Notes: generated by a model from the sequence alone, not told the origin. A stretch of 45,415 nucleotides of DNA from a virus (IMGVR_UViG_3300021961_000169:1-45415), one strand, 5' to 3'. Positions 1 through 10,073 are shown, counted from the first letter of the stretch. Numbers and translations are program-made.

Positions 1-1
1 C

Positions 2-1606
2 CATAAGCAACTTATCAAAGAAAACAAGCAGATTGTCAATAAATGGGCAAAAACTGGTCTTCTTGATAATTTGAAAAACGAATATGAAAAGAACTCTATT
101 GCAGTTCTTCTCGAAAATCAAGCAAAACAACTTATCGAAGAATCAAACAGAACAGGTACAGCAGCTGGTTCAGAAGAATGGGCTGGTGTTGCACTTCCAT
201 TGGTTCGCCGTATTTTCTCTGAAATTGCTGCGAAAGACTTTGTTTCTGTTCAACCAATGAACTTGCCTTCTGGTCTTGTGTTCTTCTTGGATTTCAAATA
301 TGGAACAGCACAACCTGGCTTTACAGCAAATGCTGGTAAAGATTCACAAGCTGATTCAGTATTTGGTATAACCGGTAAAGACGCAAAAGACGCTGATCCT
401 TCAGGCGGTCTTTATGGTGCAGGTCGTTTCGGTTATTCAATCAATGAGGCAACAACAGCTGCTCAAACTATAACAGTATCAACTGTTAATAATGGAAATG
501 CGGCTACTGGTTCAGTATCACACTCAACACCATCTGTATATCAGTATGACACAGAGTTTCAAAATGCTTATTCCGCATCACTTGCAGCTGGTAAAATCTT
601 TACAATCACAGTTTCTTCTGCATCAATGACTGATCATGATTCAGAGGCAATCCGTGCTTTTAAGATTTCTGGTTCAAATATTTTGGGTTATTTCCCACAA
701 TATACAACTTCAAATACAACAAATACACAAATTACATTTGTAGTATCTGCTTCTGCAGTTCCTGTTAATGCAGTTGTTTCTTATGAAAAACAACCAACTG
801 CTACAAGTCGTGGTGACTTTGAAGATGGTTTGGCTGGTGGAAGTCTTGACATTCCAGAAATCAATCTAGAATTGCGTTCAGAATCTATTGTTGCTAAAAC
901 ACGTAAGTTGAAGGCAGTATGGACACCTGAATTTGCACAAGATTTGAATGCATATCACTCAATCGATGCTGAAGCTGAATTGACATCAATGTTGTCCGAA
1001 TACATTTCACAAGAAATTGATTTGGAAATTCTTGATATGTTGATTAAGAATGCACAAACAACAGAAAGATGGTCTGCTCGCATCGGTCGCACATATGATG
1101 CTGCTACAAGCACATTCGGTGACTATGCTACAAACCAAGCTGCTGCTTCTGCGTTTAACCAACAAACATGGTTCCAAACACTTGGCACAAAGATTCAAAA
1201 AGTATCAAACACAATTCATCAGAAAACACTTCGTGGTGGTGCAAACTTCCTCGTATGTTCTCCACAAGTTGCTACAATACTTGAATCAATGCCTGGCTAT
1301 GCAGTTGATGGTGAAGGTATGAAATTCGCAATGGGTGTTCAAAAAGTTGGTCAATTGAATGGCCGTATCACAGTTTACAAGAATCCTTACATGCTTGAAA
1401 ATCAAGTTCTTGTAGGTTTCCGTGGAACACAATTCCTCGAAACTGGTGCTGTGTATGCTCCATACATTCCACTCGTAATGACACCGTTAGTATACGACCC
1501 AACGAACTTCACACCAAGAAAAGGCGTGATGACTCGTTATGCGAAGAAGATTGTTCGTCCTGAGTTCTATGGTCTTATCCAAATAGATTCTCTCGGTGAC
1601 ATCTAA
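2..1606 (+). CDS. Major capsid protein, T4 gp23-like (5'-truncated)
   Basis: Frame is open from base 2 (HKQLIKENKQIVNKWAKTGLLD...), so the TTG at 71 is not the real start. gp23-type motifs: PLVRR, VSVQPMNLPSGLVFFLDFKY, AKTRKLKAVWTPEFAQDLNAYHSIDAEAELTSMLSEYISQEIDLEIL, GAVYAPYIPL, DPTNFTPRKGVMTRYA. Confidence 0.96.
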   Translation, partial: HKQLIKENKQIVNKWAKTGLLDNLKNEYEKNSIAVLLENQAKQLIEESNRTGTAAGSEEWAGVALPLVRRIFSEIAAKDFVSVQPMNLPSGLVFFLDFKYGTAQPGFTANAGKDSQADSVFGITGKDAKDADPSGGLYGAGRFGYSINEATTAAQTITVSTVNNGNAATGSVSHSTPSVYQYDTEFQNAYSASLAAGKIFTITVSSASMTDHDSEAIRAFKISGSNILGYFPQYTTSNTTNTQITFVVSASAVPVNAVVSYEKQPTATSRGDFEDGLAGGSLDIPEINLELRSESIVAKTRKLKAVWTPEFAQDLNAYHSIDAEAELTSMLSEYISQEIDLEILDMLIKNAQTTERWSARIGRTYDAATSTFGDYATNQAAASAFNQQTWFQTLGTKIQKVSNTIHQKTLRGGANFLVCSPQVATILESMPGYAVDGEGMKFAMGVQKVGQLNGRITVYKNPYMLENQVLVGFRGTQFLETGAVYAPYIPLVMTPLVYDPTNFTPRKGVMTRYAKKIVRPEFYGLIQIDSLGDI

Positions 1607-1628
1607 ACCGTATTGGGTTGATGAAAAT

Positions 1629-1664
1629 AAAGGAGTGAGATTTTTCTCACTCCTTTTTTATTTT
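1629..1664 (+). terminator. Rho-independent terminator after the capsid gene
   Basis: AAAGGAGTGAGA-tttt-TCTCACTCCTTT, a perfect 12-bp stem followed by a T-rich tail. Confidence 0.88.
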
Positions 1665-1723
1665 TAATACATATTTATTCTAAAGCAAATAATTTAATTT
1701 GAAATATATGGATGGAGTATTCG

Positions 1724-2470
1724 ATGAAACAAAAAAAAGTAATTGCAACCTTAACAGAATCGGAGTTAAAACGTATTATCAGAAATGAAGTTTTGCGTTA
1801 TCTCAAAGAAGAAGACGAGGTTAACCCACAAGATGAAAAAGATGTTATGGCTGCTTTTGAAAAAGCTGCTAAAGATATGGAAGCTGGTCTTTCAAAAATT
1901 GGTGGAGACGTTGATAAAAAAAATGACGATGAAAAGGCAGTTGAAGATGCTCTCAAAAAACAACCTGCACTTGCTAAAGTTGCAAATGAGTCAATAAAAA
2001 GAAAAAAGAAGGCATTAACAGAAGGAAAAACTCGTCAAGCTATGAATGAAGAAATAACAACTTTATTCATAGTATCGCTTGCAATGGCTATTCCTGCAAT
2101 AGTAGAACTTATTGGTAAAATTGTCAAAAGTCTTTCATTACTTTTAGGTGGAAGTGGTAAAGCTGGTGAAAAACTTATTCATGCAGGACACAAATGGCAT
2201 GGTAAAATAACATCACTAATTCTTAAAGGTTTGACATTCATTCCTGGATTTAAACAATTGCCGGCAGATAAACAACAAAAAGTTGCTAATGTTGTTCATA
2301 CTGTTATTGTTGCTTCACTTGCTGTTGTATCTGGTGCAGGTGCAATAGATGCTGTGTCTAAAGGATCAGGTGTTATGGCTGGAATTGAAGGTGCTCTAAC
2401 TGCTGTGAAAGCTGGTGAAGTTGGTGTTGGTAAATTCTTAACAGATACAATATCAAAATTGTTTGCTTAA
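1724..2470 (+). CDS. Hypothetical protein, charged N-terminus and hydrophobic Gly/Ala-rich C-terminal helices (candidate internal virion/membrane protein)
   Basis: ORF 1712..2470; ATG 1724 preferred because GGAG lies at 1714-1717. N-terminal LTESELKRIIRNEVLRYLKEE; hydrophobic segments LFIVSLAMAIPAIVELIG and VIVASLAVVSGAGAI. Confidence 0.7.
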   Translation: MKQKKVIATLTESELKRIIRNEVLRYLKEEDEVNPQDEKDVMAAFEKAAKDMEAGLSKIGGDVDKKNDDEKAVEDALKKQPALAKVANESIKRKKKALTEGKTRQAMNEEITTLFIVSLAMAIPAIVELIGKIVKSLSLLLGGSGKAGEKLIHAGHKWHGKITSLILKGLTFIPGFKQLPADKQQKVANVVHTVIVASLAVVSGAGAIDAVSKGSGVMAGIEGALTAVKAGEVGVGKFLTDTISKLFA

Positions 2471-2494
2471 AATACTATAAAATAAATTTTCATC

Positions 2495-2520
2495 AAGGGT
2501 GATATTTGTCACCCTTTTTT
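2495..2520 (+). terminator. Rho-independent terminator
   Basis: AAGGGTGAT-attt-GTCACCCTT stem followed by a T run. Confidence 0.8.
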
Positions 2521-2545
2521 ATTATCACTTTGCTATTTATTACAA

Positions 2546-3145
2546 ATGGAAACTCAAATTCAATACATGGACATCATCTCTTTGGCGGTATCAAGTATGG
2601 CCACACTTCTTGGTGTTTTCTTATCTTGGTTCCTCAAATACAAATACGGTGAATACAAACAAAAAAAGATTGACCGAGAGATTTCTCATTCCAAACTAAT
2701 CCAAACCATATTAGACCAACTGTTAGAAGAATATAAATGTCAGCGTGCATTCATTCTTCAAAGACACAACGGTGGTAAATACAACACAGGCAAATCCATG
2801 ACCAAACTCTCAACCTCATTTGAATCACTCGAAGAAGGGGTTAGCACGGAGTTTAAGCAATATCAGAACTTACCGATGTCTCTTTACTCAAACTTCGTTG
2901 AAGATGTAGTAAATCACAAGGCGGTATATCCTGTTGTAGATAATATAGAGGACTTAATTACCAAAGCATTTTTTTCACAGAGAGGGTCTAAATCAGCAGT
3001 GGTTTATCCGATACGAAAAGGATCGGAATTTATCGCTATTGTAGGTTTTGAATGGACCCATAAAGTTGAGAAATTGGATAATATATTATCTGAAATTGAA
3101 GCTGACGTAAAATCAATGGGAGACACCCTTTCTAAATTATTATAG
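2546..3145 (+). CDS. Single-TM protein with GAF-like soluble domain (possible holin-type or signalling protein)
   Basis: Hydrophobic residues ~10-30, then helix-strand pattern ILDQLLEEYKCQRAFILQRHNGG ... GSKSAVVYPIRKGSEFIAIVGFEW, typical of GAF folds. Confidence 0.55.
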   Translation: METQIQYMDIISLAVSSMATLLGVFLSWFLKYKYGEYKQKKIDREISHSKLIQTILDQLLEEYKCQRAFILQRHNGGKYNTGKSMTKLSTSFESLEEGVSTEFKQYQNLPMSLYSNFVEDVVNHKAVYPVVDNIEDLITKAFFSQRGSKSAVVYPIRKGSEFIAIVGFEWTHKVEKLDNILSEIEADVKSMGDTLSKLL

Positions 3146-3153
3146 GAGCCATT

Positions 3154-3903
3154 ATGAGTTCTGAACATAACGAGGAAAACGATAACAACAAAGAATTGTT
3201 GAGTGAAGAAGAAGTTTCAAGTCTTAATACAACTGGTATAAAAAAAGGAAGAAAAACGATTAAAAATAAAATACAATTTCAACTTACTCTGAATGAAGAA
3301 CAAAAGAGAATAAAAGCGGATGCTCTCCGTGATACTATTTCGGTGTTTGTTGGTAAAGCTGGTTCAGGTAAAACATTATTGGCAACTCAAATTGCTCTTG
3401 AATGTTTTTTCTATCGTGAAGTGGAAAAGATAATAATTACAAGACCAACCGTATCAAACGAGGATTTAGGATTTCTTCCAGGTAATATAAAAGAAAAAAT
3501 GGATCCTTGGTTGTCTCCTATACAGGCAAATATGTTCCAGCTTTATCATAAGGAAAAGATTGAAAAGTTGATGATGGAAGATAAGATAGAAATTGCTCCT
3601 ATCAGTTTTCTTCGTGGTAGAACATTTGTAAATGCATGTGTAATAGTAGATGAATCACAAAATGTTACTAAAGCGCAAATGGAAATGATATTGTCTCGTC
3701 TTGGTATCAATTCAAAAATGATGCTAACCGGTGACATATCACAAATAGACTTAAAACAGAAAAAAGATTCTGGATTGCCATATTTATTTAATATGAAAGA
3801 TAAAATAAACGGATTAGGGGTTTATGAATTAAAAACAAACCACCGTCATCCTATTGTTGATGATATATTGAAGTATTTTGAAGAAAACAAATCAGAGAAG
3901 TAA
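3154..3903 (+). CDS. phoH: PhoH-family ATPase
   Basis: Walker A GKAGSGKT, IIITRP, LGFLPGNIKEKMDPW, IEIAPISFLRGRTF, IVDESQN, SRLG, GDISQIDL, RHPIV; SD AGGAG at 3144-3148. Confidence 0.95.
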   Translation: MSSEHNEENDNNKELLSEEEVSSLNTTGIKKGRKTIKNKIQFQLTLNEEQKRIKADALRDTISVFVGKAGSGKTLLATQIALECFFYREVEKIIITRPTVSNEDLGFLPGNIKEKMDPWLSPIQANMFQLYHKEKIEKLMMEDKIEIAPISFLRGRTFVNACVIVDESQNVTKAQMEMILSRLGINSKMMLTGDISQIDLKQKKDSGLPYLFNMKDKINGLGVYELKTNHRHPIVDDILKYFEENKSEK

Positions 3904-5034
3904 ATGGTAGAAATTCCTATTTGGCCTGGTAGTTCCAGTTTTACAACTGGTAGTACACCGTTTGGAACATTTGATAGCGATAATCAATTTCAAAATGATG
4001 CAGATTCATTTGCAGATTGGTGTGCTAAAAGATTAGGTTATCCAATAGTTGATGTTGAATTACAAGACGTAAATTTTTATACTTGTCTAGAAGAAGCGGT
4101 ATATGAATATTCTTATCATGTAAATCAATTTAATATACAACAAAATCTTTTAAGTTTAATTGGTTCATCTACTGGATCTAACGTAACACAACGAAATATA
4201 TCAACAAACATGGGTGGACTTGTTCAACTTGCAACAGAATATGGTAGTGAAACATTTACAAATGGTAATGTAAAGTTTCATTCATCTTCAATTGATATTT
4301 CTTCAGGTAAACAAAAATATAATCTTGATACATTAATTCGTGATATAAAGGTTCCAACTGGTTCAATAGAAATAAAAAGAGTTCATCACTATTCACCACC
4401 AGCGTCTATTCGTTTTTACGATCCGTATTTGGGTAATCAAGCAATGTTAGATACATTTGGATTTGGTGCTTATTCAACCGGTGTTTCATTTATGTTAATG
4501 CCTATGTATGCAGATTTATTACGTGTACAGGCAATAGAATTTAACGATATGATGCGTAAATCGGCATTTACATTTGAACTTATCAATAATGAACTTCGTA
4601 TATTTCCAGTTCCAACAAAAGACTTCAAATTGTGGATTGAGTATATTGTTAAGGAAGAAAGAAGCAATCCATTAAAATATCCAAATGGACAAGTTTCTGA
4701 TATGTCAAACGCTCCTTACAATCATATGACATACTCAAATATAAATTCTCCTGGAAAAACTTGGATATATTCATTTGGTCTTGCACTCGCTAAAGAAATG
4801 CTTGGTTATATTCGCGGTAAATATGGAAGTATACCAATACCAAATGGTGAGACTACATTAAATGCTGCTGATTTACTTTCTGCTGCAACAGCTGAAAAAC
4901 AGACATTAGTAGAACAATTAAGAACTATGTTAGACACAATGACAAGAAGTAAATTATTGGAAGCAAAAAGATTGGAAACAGAAGCACTTGGTGCAAGTTT
5001 GAATGGAACTCCCTTATCAATTTACATAGGATGA
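3904..5034 (+). CDS. Neck/head-tail adaptor protein (T4 gp13-like)
   Basis: KRLGYPIVDVEL, ALAKEMLGYIRGKYGSIPIPNGETTLN and C-terminal P-x-x-I-Y-I-G resemble gp13; lies between capsid and sheath genes. Confidence 0.8.
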   Translation: MVEIPIWPGSSSFTTGSTPFGTFDSDNQFQNDADSFADWCAKRLGYPIVDVELQDVNFYTCLEEAVYEYSYHVNQFNIQQNLLSLIGSSTGSNVTQRNISTNMGGLVQLATEYGSETFTNGNVKFHSSSIDISSGKQKYNLDTLIRDIKVPTGSIEIKRVHHYSPPASIRFYDPYLGNQAMLDTFGFGAYSTGVSFMLMPMYADLLRVQAIEFNDMMRKSAFTFELINNELRIFPVPTKDFKLWIEYIVKEERSNPLKYPNGQVSDMSNAPYNHMTYSNINSPGKTWIYSFGLALAKEMLGYIRGKYGSIPIPNGETTLNAADLLSAATAEKQTLVEQLRTMLDTMTRSKLLEAKRLETEALGASLNGTPLSIYIG

Positions 5035-5038
5035 TACA

Positions 5039-5563
5039 ATGCCACTATTTCATGGACAAAGAGATGCTGGTATTATTCACAAATTCAATATGGAATTACT
5101 AAATGACATAATTGATACGGAAGTTGCTATTTACAAACTTTCAATAGAAAATACAAAAACAAACCTATACAATGAGTCTGATAAAAAGATTTATCATAGT
5201 CCGGTAAAAGTTCCTGCAAGAATAGATTATCAGGCACAAACATATGAAGGAACTGAATTTGGTCAAGATTACCAACAGTCTGCAATATTTGCGTTTATAC
5301 GTGAGTATTTAAAGGAAGTAGAAATCTTTATAGAAGTTGGTGACGTTATTGAATATAATGGTGATTATTGGGAAGTTGATGCTATTCAAGAAAATCAATT
5401 TTTTGGTGGTAAAAATCCTGATTATTCTTTTGCTACTGAAAAATGGGGACATAATGTTTCTATTGTAGCTAATACTCACTTAACAAGAAGGTCGAGAATA
5501 CACATAGAAGAATTTAGACCACAAATAATAAATGATGCAAATGATTTGCCAGGTAACATATAA
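5039..5563 (+). CDS. Head closure/neck protein (T4 gp14-like)
   Basis: Follows the gp13-like gene; NLYNES and EVGDVIEYNGDYWEV motifs of head-closure proteins. Confidence 0.65.
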   Translation: MPLFHGQRDAGIIHKFNMELLNDIIDTEVAIYKLSIENTKTNLYNESDKKIYHSPVKVPARIDYQAQTYEGTEFGQDYQQSAIFAFIREYLKEVEIFIEVGDVIEYNGDYWEVDAIQENQFFGGKNPDYSFATEKWGHNVSIVANTHLTRRSRIHIEEFRPQIINDANDLPGNI

Positions 5564-6543
5564 TGCGTAATTCAAGTAAATATAGAAAACCACCAATCAG
5601 TAGAACACAAGATAGTTTTATTGATAATACAAATTTGAAGGCAAATCCAATTCACGATATTGGAAGTAATAGACATAGACAAGTTCGTAGGGATAAAGAT
5701 AAAGTTCGTAGTTTTGGTATTACACTATATGATATTGATTATGCTATAAAAAACTTTATAGACAAAAAAATACAGTTAAAAGTTGAAGATAATGGTGAAT
5801 TTATTACCGTTCCAACTATCTATGCAAATGCAGAAAAATGGGCATCAATTCAAAAAGATGGTTTTCTAAAAGATAAGAAAGGTAAAACCATAGTTCCACT
5901 TATTACATTTAGACGTTCAGGTGTTACTGTAAAAAATGAATTGCGTAGAAATAAAGTTGCAAATCAATATCATGTATCATACGCAATTAAACAAAAATAT
6001 AATACACTAAATCCATATGATAAGTTTAGCAATTTGTATAGTGCAAATAAATCAAATGAATATTTTTTAACTCCAATTCCTGATTATGTTGATGTAACAT
6101 ATGATTTCATAATTTGGTGTGAATATCAAAATCAATTAAATTATGTTATAGAGAATTTTATTTACTTTGGTGGTCAATCATTTGGTGATAAAAATTATTT
6201 TAAGTTTGCAACACACATAGACGGATTTACAGTTGAAGATAACAATACAACCGGTCAAGATAGAACGGTTAGAGCATCTTTTCAATTATTAGTTCATGGA
6301 TATTTACTTCCAAAAGAAGTTGCAATGCAAACAACAACAAAGAGAGTTGTTGGTCCTAATCAAGTAAAATTGGTTGATAGAACGGTAAGTAGTGATTTTT
6401 TTGATGATTACAACCGAATAGTATACAAACCAATAAATGAAGATGTGACTGAACAATCAAAAGAAAGAGATCGTAAAGAAAAAAAATTCACAGATATATC
6501 ATTAAATAATTCGCCTGGAGTATATCCAGATGAAATTGATTGA
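5563..6543 (+). CDS. Tail terminator/sheath stabilizer (T4 gp15-like)
   Basis: VPTIYANAEKW, PLITFRR, PDYVDVTYDFIIW; precedes the sheath gene. Confidence 0.62.
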   Translation: MRNSSKYRKPPISRTQDSFIDNTNLKANPIHDIGSNRHRQVRRDKDKVRSFGITLYDIDYAIKNFIDKKIQLKVEDNGEFITVPTIYANAEKWASIQKDGFLKDKKGKTIVPLITFRRSGVTVKNELRRNKVANQYHVSYAIKQKYNTLNPYDKFSNLYSANKSNEYFLTPIPDYVDVTYDFIIWCEYQNQLNYVIENFIYFGGQSFGDKNYFKFATHIDGFTVEDNNTTGQDRTVRASFQLLVHGYLLPKEVAMQTTTKRVVGPNQVKLVDRTVSSDFFDDYNRIVYKPINEDVTEQSKERDRKEKKFTDISLNNSPGVYPDEID

Positions 6544-6551
6544 TATTTATA
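6543..6551 (+). promoter_or_regulatory. ATATTTATA putative late-promoter motif (one of 10 exact intergenic copies: 6543, 6966, 9505, 10101, 11257, 15236, 24209, 28642, 29074, 41225)
   Basis: Same 9-mer starts about 28-56 nt upstream of start codons; variants at 1671, 2533, 31552 and 37288. Confidence 0.75.
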
Positions 6552-6585
6552 TGAGTAATTTAACAATAATTAATTGAGGTTTTTT

Positions 6586-6945
6586 ATGTCTAGTTTTAGT
6601 GAAAAGTCATCAGATGATTTAGTTTTGCCAAACGAATCAGTATCGGAAAACAATGAAAATTCTGCGGGTGAACAAATATCAAAAGAATTTAATGAGTCTG
6701 ATATTGAAAGGGTAAAAGGTTTACAGTCTGCATATGCAATCACAACCGCACAAATTGGTCAAATTGAAATTGAGTTACATTTGCTTAATAAGAGATTGGA
6801 TCAAGTAAAACAAATCAGAGAAGATTTGTTTACAAAATATTCTGATTTACAAACCGAAGAAACGGATTTGGTTAAATCATTGAATGAAAAATACGGTGAT
6901 GGTGTTTTAGATTTGGATTCCGGCAAATTTATACCAACTGAATGA
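6586..6945 (+). CDS. Small coiled-coil hypothetical protein
   Basis: ORF 6574..6945; ATG 6586 follows GAGGT. Heptad-rich helix ending KYGDGVLDLDSGKFIP. Confidence 0.7.
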   Translation: MSSFSEKSSDDLVLPNESVSENNENSAGEQISKEFNESDIERVKGLQSAYAITTAQIGQIEIELHLLNKRLDQVKQIREDLFTKYSDLQTEETDLVKSLNEKYGDGVLDLDSGKFIPTE

Positions 6946-7010
6946 TAGTTTTGATTTTTTGCACGATATTTATATGCAGATTTCATTCTATAATTTTATG
7001 GAGATAATAA

Positions 7011-9452
7011 GTGGCTAGTGAAAGAATAATAAGTCCTGGTGTATTTACCAATGAAAAAGATTTGTCCTTCCTCCAAACAGGTGTGGGGGCTATTGGTGCT
7101 GCACTTATAGGACCCACGATTAAAGGACCGGCTTTTGTTCCGGTTGCAGTGAGCAGCTATCAAGATTTTGTTGCTCAATTTGGTAGTTTGTATGAACAAT
7201 CATACTTGCCATATACTGCAAAAAGTTATTTAAATAATGCAGGTGGTGCAACTATTGTTAGAGTATTAGGATCAGGTGGTTATACACTTACACATCCTCT
7301 TGCTCTTGTTGCAACTGGTTCATGGGGTAAAAAGTTAATATCATTTTTACATCCAACGTTTGCTATTGGAAATGACGATGATGAAAGTATGTTTGCAAAA
7401 TCTACACTAACATCAAATAATAGTGGTAGTTTTGTGCTTACAATATCCGGTGCTATGGAAACCGATCAATCAACATTTACAAATGCTTTGGATCAAAACG
7501 GTGAATCTTTTAGTTCATCTATTGATCCAAATAATGCATCATTTATAGGAAATCTTTTTGGATATAACCCGTATGGAACAAATGCAGTTTACAATTATGT
7601 TTGTTTTACACAACAGGCATCGGCGTCACTTGCTGCAGATGGTGCAACAAAGTTAATAATTGAAAGTGGTTCATTAAATTCACCAGAATGGGATTTCACA
7701 GATGATTATTTGGCCGCTCAAACTCCTTGGGTTACATCCCAAAAAGTTGGTGCCAATACAGTAGACTTGTTTAGATTTGAAACAATTTCTCACGGTATTC
7801 ATTCAAACTATGAAATTAAAATTGGTGTTGCAAATATTCGTCCTGCTGGAACAATTGCAGGTTCCGAATACGGAGATTTTGATATTGTTGTAAGATATGT
7901 TGATCAATCAAAACTTCCACAAACACCGTTTGGATGGCAAGATGAAGATATAAGACCAGCAACAATTGAATCATTTAAGTGTACACTTGATCCAAATTCA
8001 CCGAGATATATTGCTCGTGTAATCGGTGATAGATATGTCACGATTACAGATGAAGGTAAAGTTGTTGTAAATGGCGATTATTCAAATAAATCAAAATTTA
8101 TTAGAGTTGAAGTAACAGAGGCAGTTAAGAATGGTGCGGTATCGCCTAATTTAGTACCGTTTGGTTTCCGTTCACTCAATACTCCAATTCCTGATGGATT
8201 TACACAACCTGCTGCTGCAACTTATGTCAGTTCACAAACTGTTGGTTCTGCTTACAATAAGAGAGTTTATTATGGGTTTAGTTATGATTTCTCAAATACT
8301 GATAACTTTAACTATTTAAGACCACTTCCTGTTGCTGCTAACAGATCTACTGGATCTAACGTGGATTTCTATTTGGGTGATTACACACAACATGCTGCTG
8401 CTAATTTCCCAACTCCAACAAGTCCTTATAGTGGATCAATTACATTAACAAGTAACACTTCAATAGACACTCGTAAATTCATGATTCCATTCCAAGGAGG
8501 ATTTGACGGACACAAGCCGAATCTTCAAAAGAAAACAGGAACACATATGTTGGCATCAAATACACAAGGATTTGACTTATCAAATCAGGCCGCAAGTGGA
8601 TACGTTGCTTACAAAAAGGCACTTGATACTATTTCAAATGCGGATGAATTTGATGTAAATATGGTTGTAACTCCTGGTGTTGTTCATTCATTACACTCTG
8701 GAATTACTTCTTATGCCTTTGAAATGTGTGAAGCCCGTGGTGATGCTTTCTATGTAATGGATTCCGTTGGTATAGATGATAATATAACAACTGCGGTATC
8801 TGCAATGGAAGGTTTAGATACAAATTATGCCGCAACATATTATCCTTGGGTTAAGATTGTTGATTTGGATAGAAATAAACCTGTATGGGTTCCACCATCA
8901 GTAGTTCTTCCTGGTGTAATTGCGTTCAATGACCGTGTTGCCGCTGAATGGTTTGCGCCTGCTGGTTTGAATCGTGGTGGTTTAACAGAAGTAATTGAAG
9001 TAAAAACAAGATTAACACAAGCTGAAAGAGACCAATTATACGAAGGTAGAATAAATCCTATTGCAGTATTCCCTGCATCAGGTGTATGTGTATGGGGACA
9101 AAAGACACTTCAAGGTCGCCCGTCTGCACTTGACCGTATAAATGTTCGCCGTTTGTTGATTGCTGCTAAGAAGTTTATTGCTTCTTCTACAAGATACCTT
9201 GTGTTTGAACAAAATACATCACAAACAAGAACTCGTTTCTTGAACATTGTGAATCCATATCTTGAATCAATCCAACAACGTCAAGGTTTGTATGCCTTCC
9301 GTGTTATCATGGATGAAAGTAATAATACGCCGGATATTATTGACCGTAACATTCTTTACGGACAACTTTATCTACAACCTGCAAAGACTGCTGAATTTAT
9401 CATTCTTGATTTCAACATTCAATCAACAGGTGCGGCATTCCCAGGTGCTTAA
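7011..9452 (+). CDS. Contractile tail sheath protein (T4 gp18-like)
   Basis: GTG start with GGAG at 7000. N-terminal SPGVFTNEKDLS and GPTIKGPAFVP; C-terminal WFAPAGLNRGG, LYEGRINPI, WGQKTLQ, ALDRINVRRLL, FEQN, PAKTAEFI. Confidence 0.96.
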   Translation: MASERIISPGVFTNEKDLSFLQTGVGAIGAALIGPTIKGPAFVPVAVSSYQDFVAQFGSLYEQSYLPYTAKSYLNNAGGATIVRVLGSGGYTLTHPLALVATGSWGKKLISFLHPTFAIGNDDDESMFAKSTLTSNNSGSFVLTISGAMETDQSTFTNALDQNGESFSSSIDPNNASFIGNLFGYNPYGTNAVYNYVCFTQQASASLAADGATKLIIESGSLNSPEWDFTDDYLAAQTPWVTSQKVGANTVDLFRFETISHGIHSNYEIKIGVANIRPAGTIAGSEYGDFDIVVRYVDQSKLPQTPFGWQDEDIRPATIESFKCTLDPNSPRYIARVIGDRYVTITDEGKVVVNGDYSNKSKFIRVEVTEAVKNGAVSPNLVPFGFRSLNTPIPDGFTQPAAATYVSSQTVGSAYNKRVYYGFSYDFSNTDNFNYLRPLPVAANRSTGSNVDFYLGDYTQHAAANFPTPTSPYSGSITLTSNTSIDTRKFMIPFQGGFDGHKPNLQKKTGTHMLASNTQGFDLSNQAASGYVAYKKALDTISNADEFDVNMVVTPGVVHSLHSGITSYAFEMCEARGDAFYVMDSVGIDDNITTAVSAMEGLDTNYAATYYPWVKIVDLDRNKPVWVPPSVVLPGVIAFNDRVAAEWFAPAGLNRGGLTEVIEVKTRLTQAERDQLYEGRINPIAVFPASGVCVWGQKTLQGRPSALDRINVRRLLIAAKKFIASSTRYLVFEQNTSQTRTRFLNIVNPYLESIQQRQGLYAFRVIMDESNNTPDIIDRNILYGQLYLQPAKTAEFIILDFNIQSTGAAFPGA

Positions 9453-9463
9453 TTGATATAAAA

Positions 9464-9495
9464 TGGGGAGATGAAATACTCTCCCCACATTTTTT
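9464..9495 (+). terminator. Hairpin/terminator between sheath and tube genes
   Basis: TGGGGAGA-tgaaatac-TCTCCCCA then CATTTTTT. Confidence 0.7.
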
Positions 9496-9543
9496 GAAAT
9501 TACTATATTTATACTTAAAGGTATTTTAAATTTGGAGAAATAA

Positions 9544-10032
9544 ATGGCTGAATTACTTGATCCCACGGAAGTGTTTTTTACCCCGTTTGAGCCAAAGTTA
9601 CAAAATCGATTTATTATGTACATTGAAGGTGTCCCCGCTTACCTGGTAAAAGGTTCAGGCCGCCCAAATATAAATTTTAATCCGATTACTTTGGATCATA
9701 TTAACATTAAACGTAAGGTAAAAGGTAAAGGAGAGTGGCAAGATATTACAATTAAATTGTATGATCCAATTGTGCCGTCGGCAGCACAGGCAACAATGGA
9801 ATGGGTACGTCTATCACACGAATCTGTAACAGGTCGTGATGGTTATTCTGACTTCTACAAGAAAGACATAACGCTACACATTCTTGGTCCTGTTGGTGAT
9901 AAAGTTGAAGAATGGACACTTAAAGGTGCTTTCATTACTGCAACAACATTCGGTGAAATGGATTGGGCAAACGATGCGTTTGTTGAGATTTCTCTCACAC
10001 TCGCCTACGATTATGCTATCCTACAATACTAA
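9544..10032 (+). CDS. Tail tube protein (T4 gp19-like)
   Basis: EPKLQNRF, GKGEWQDITIKLYD, YKKDITL, GDKVEEWTLKGAF, ISLTLAYDYA; directly after the sheath gene. Confidence 0.92.
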   Translation: MAELLDPTEVFFTPFEPKLQNRFIMYIEGVPAYLVKGSGRPNINFNPITLDHINIKRKVKGKGEWQDITIKLYDPIVPSAAQATMEWVRLSHESVTGRDGYSDFYKKDITLHILGPVGDKVEEWTLKGAFITATTFGEMDWANDAFVEISLTLAYDYAILQY

Positions 10033-10073
10033 TACAATTTGTATTGTTATATTAAGAATGAAATAAAAAATAC

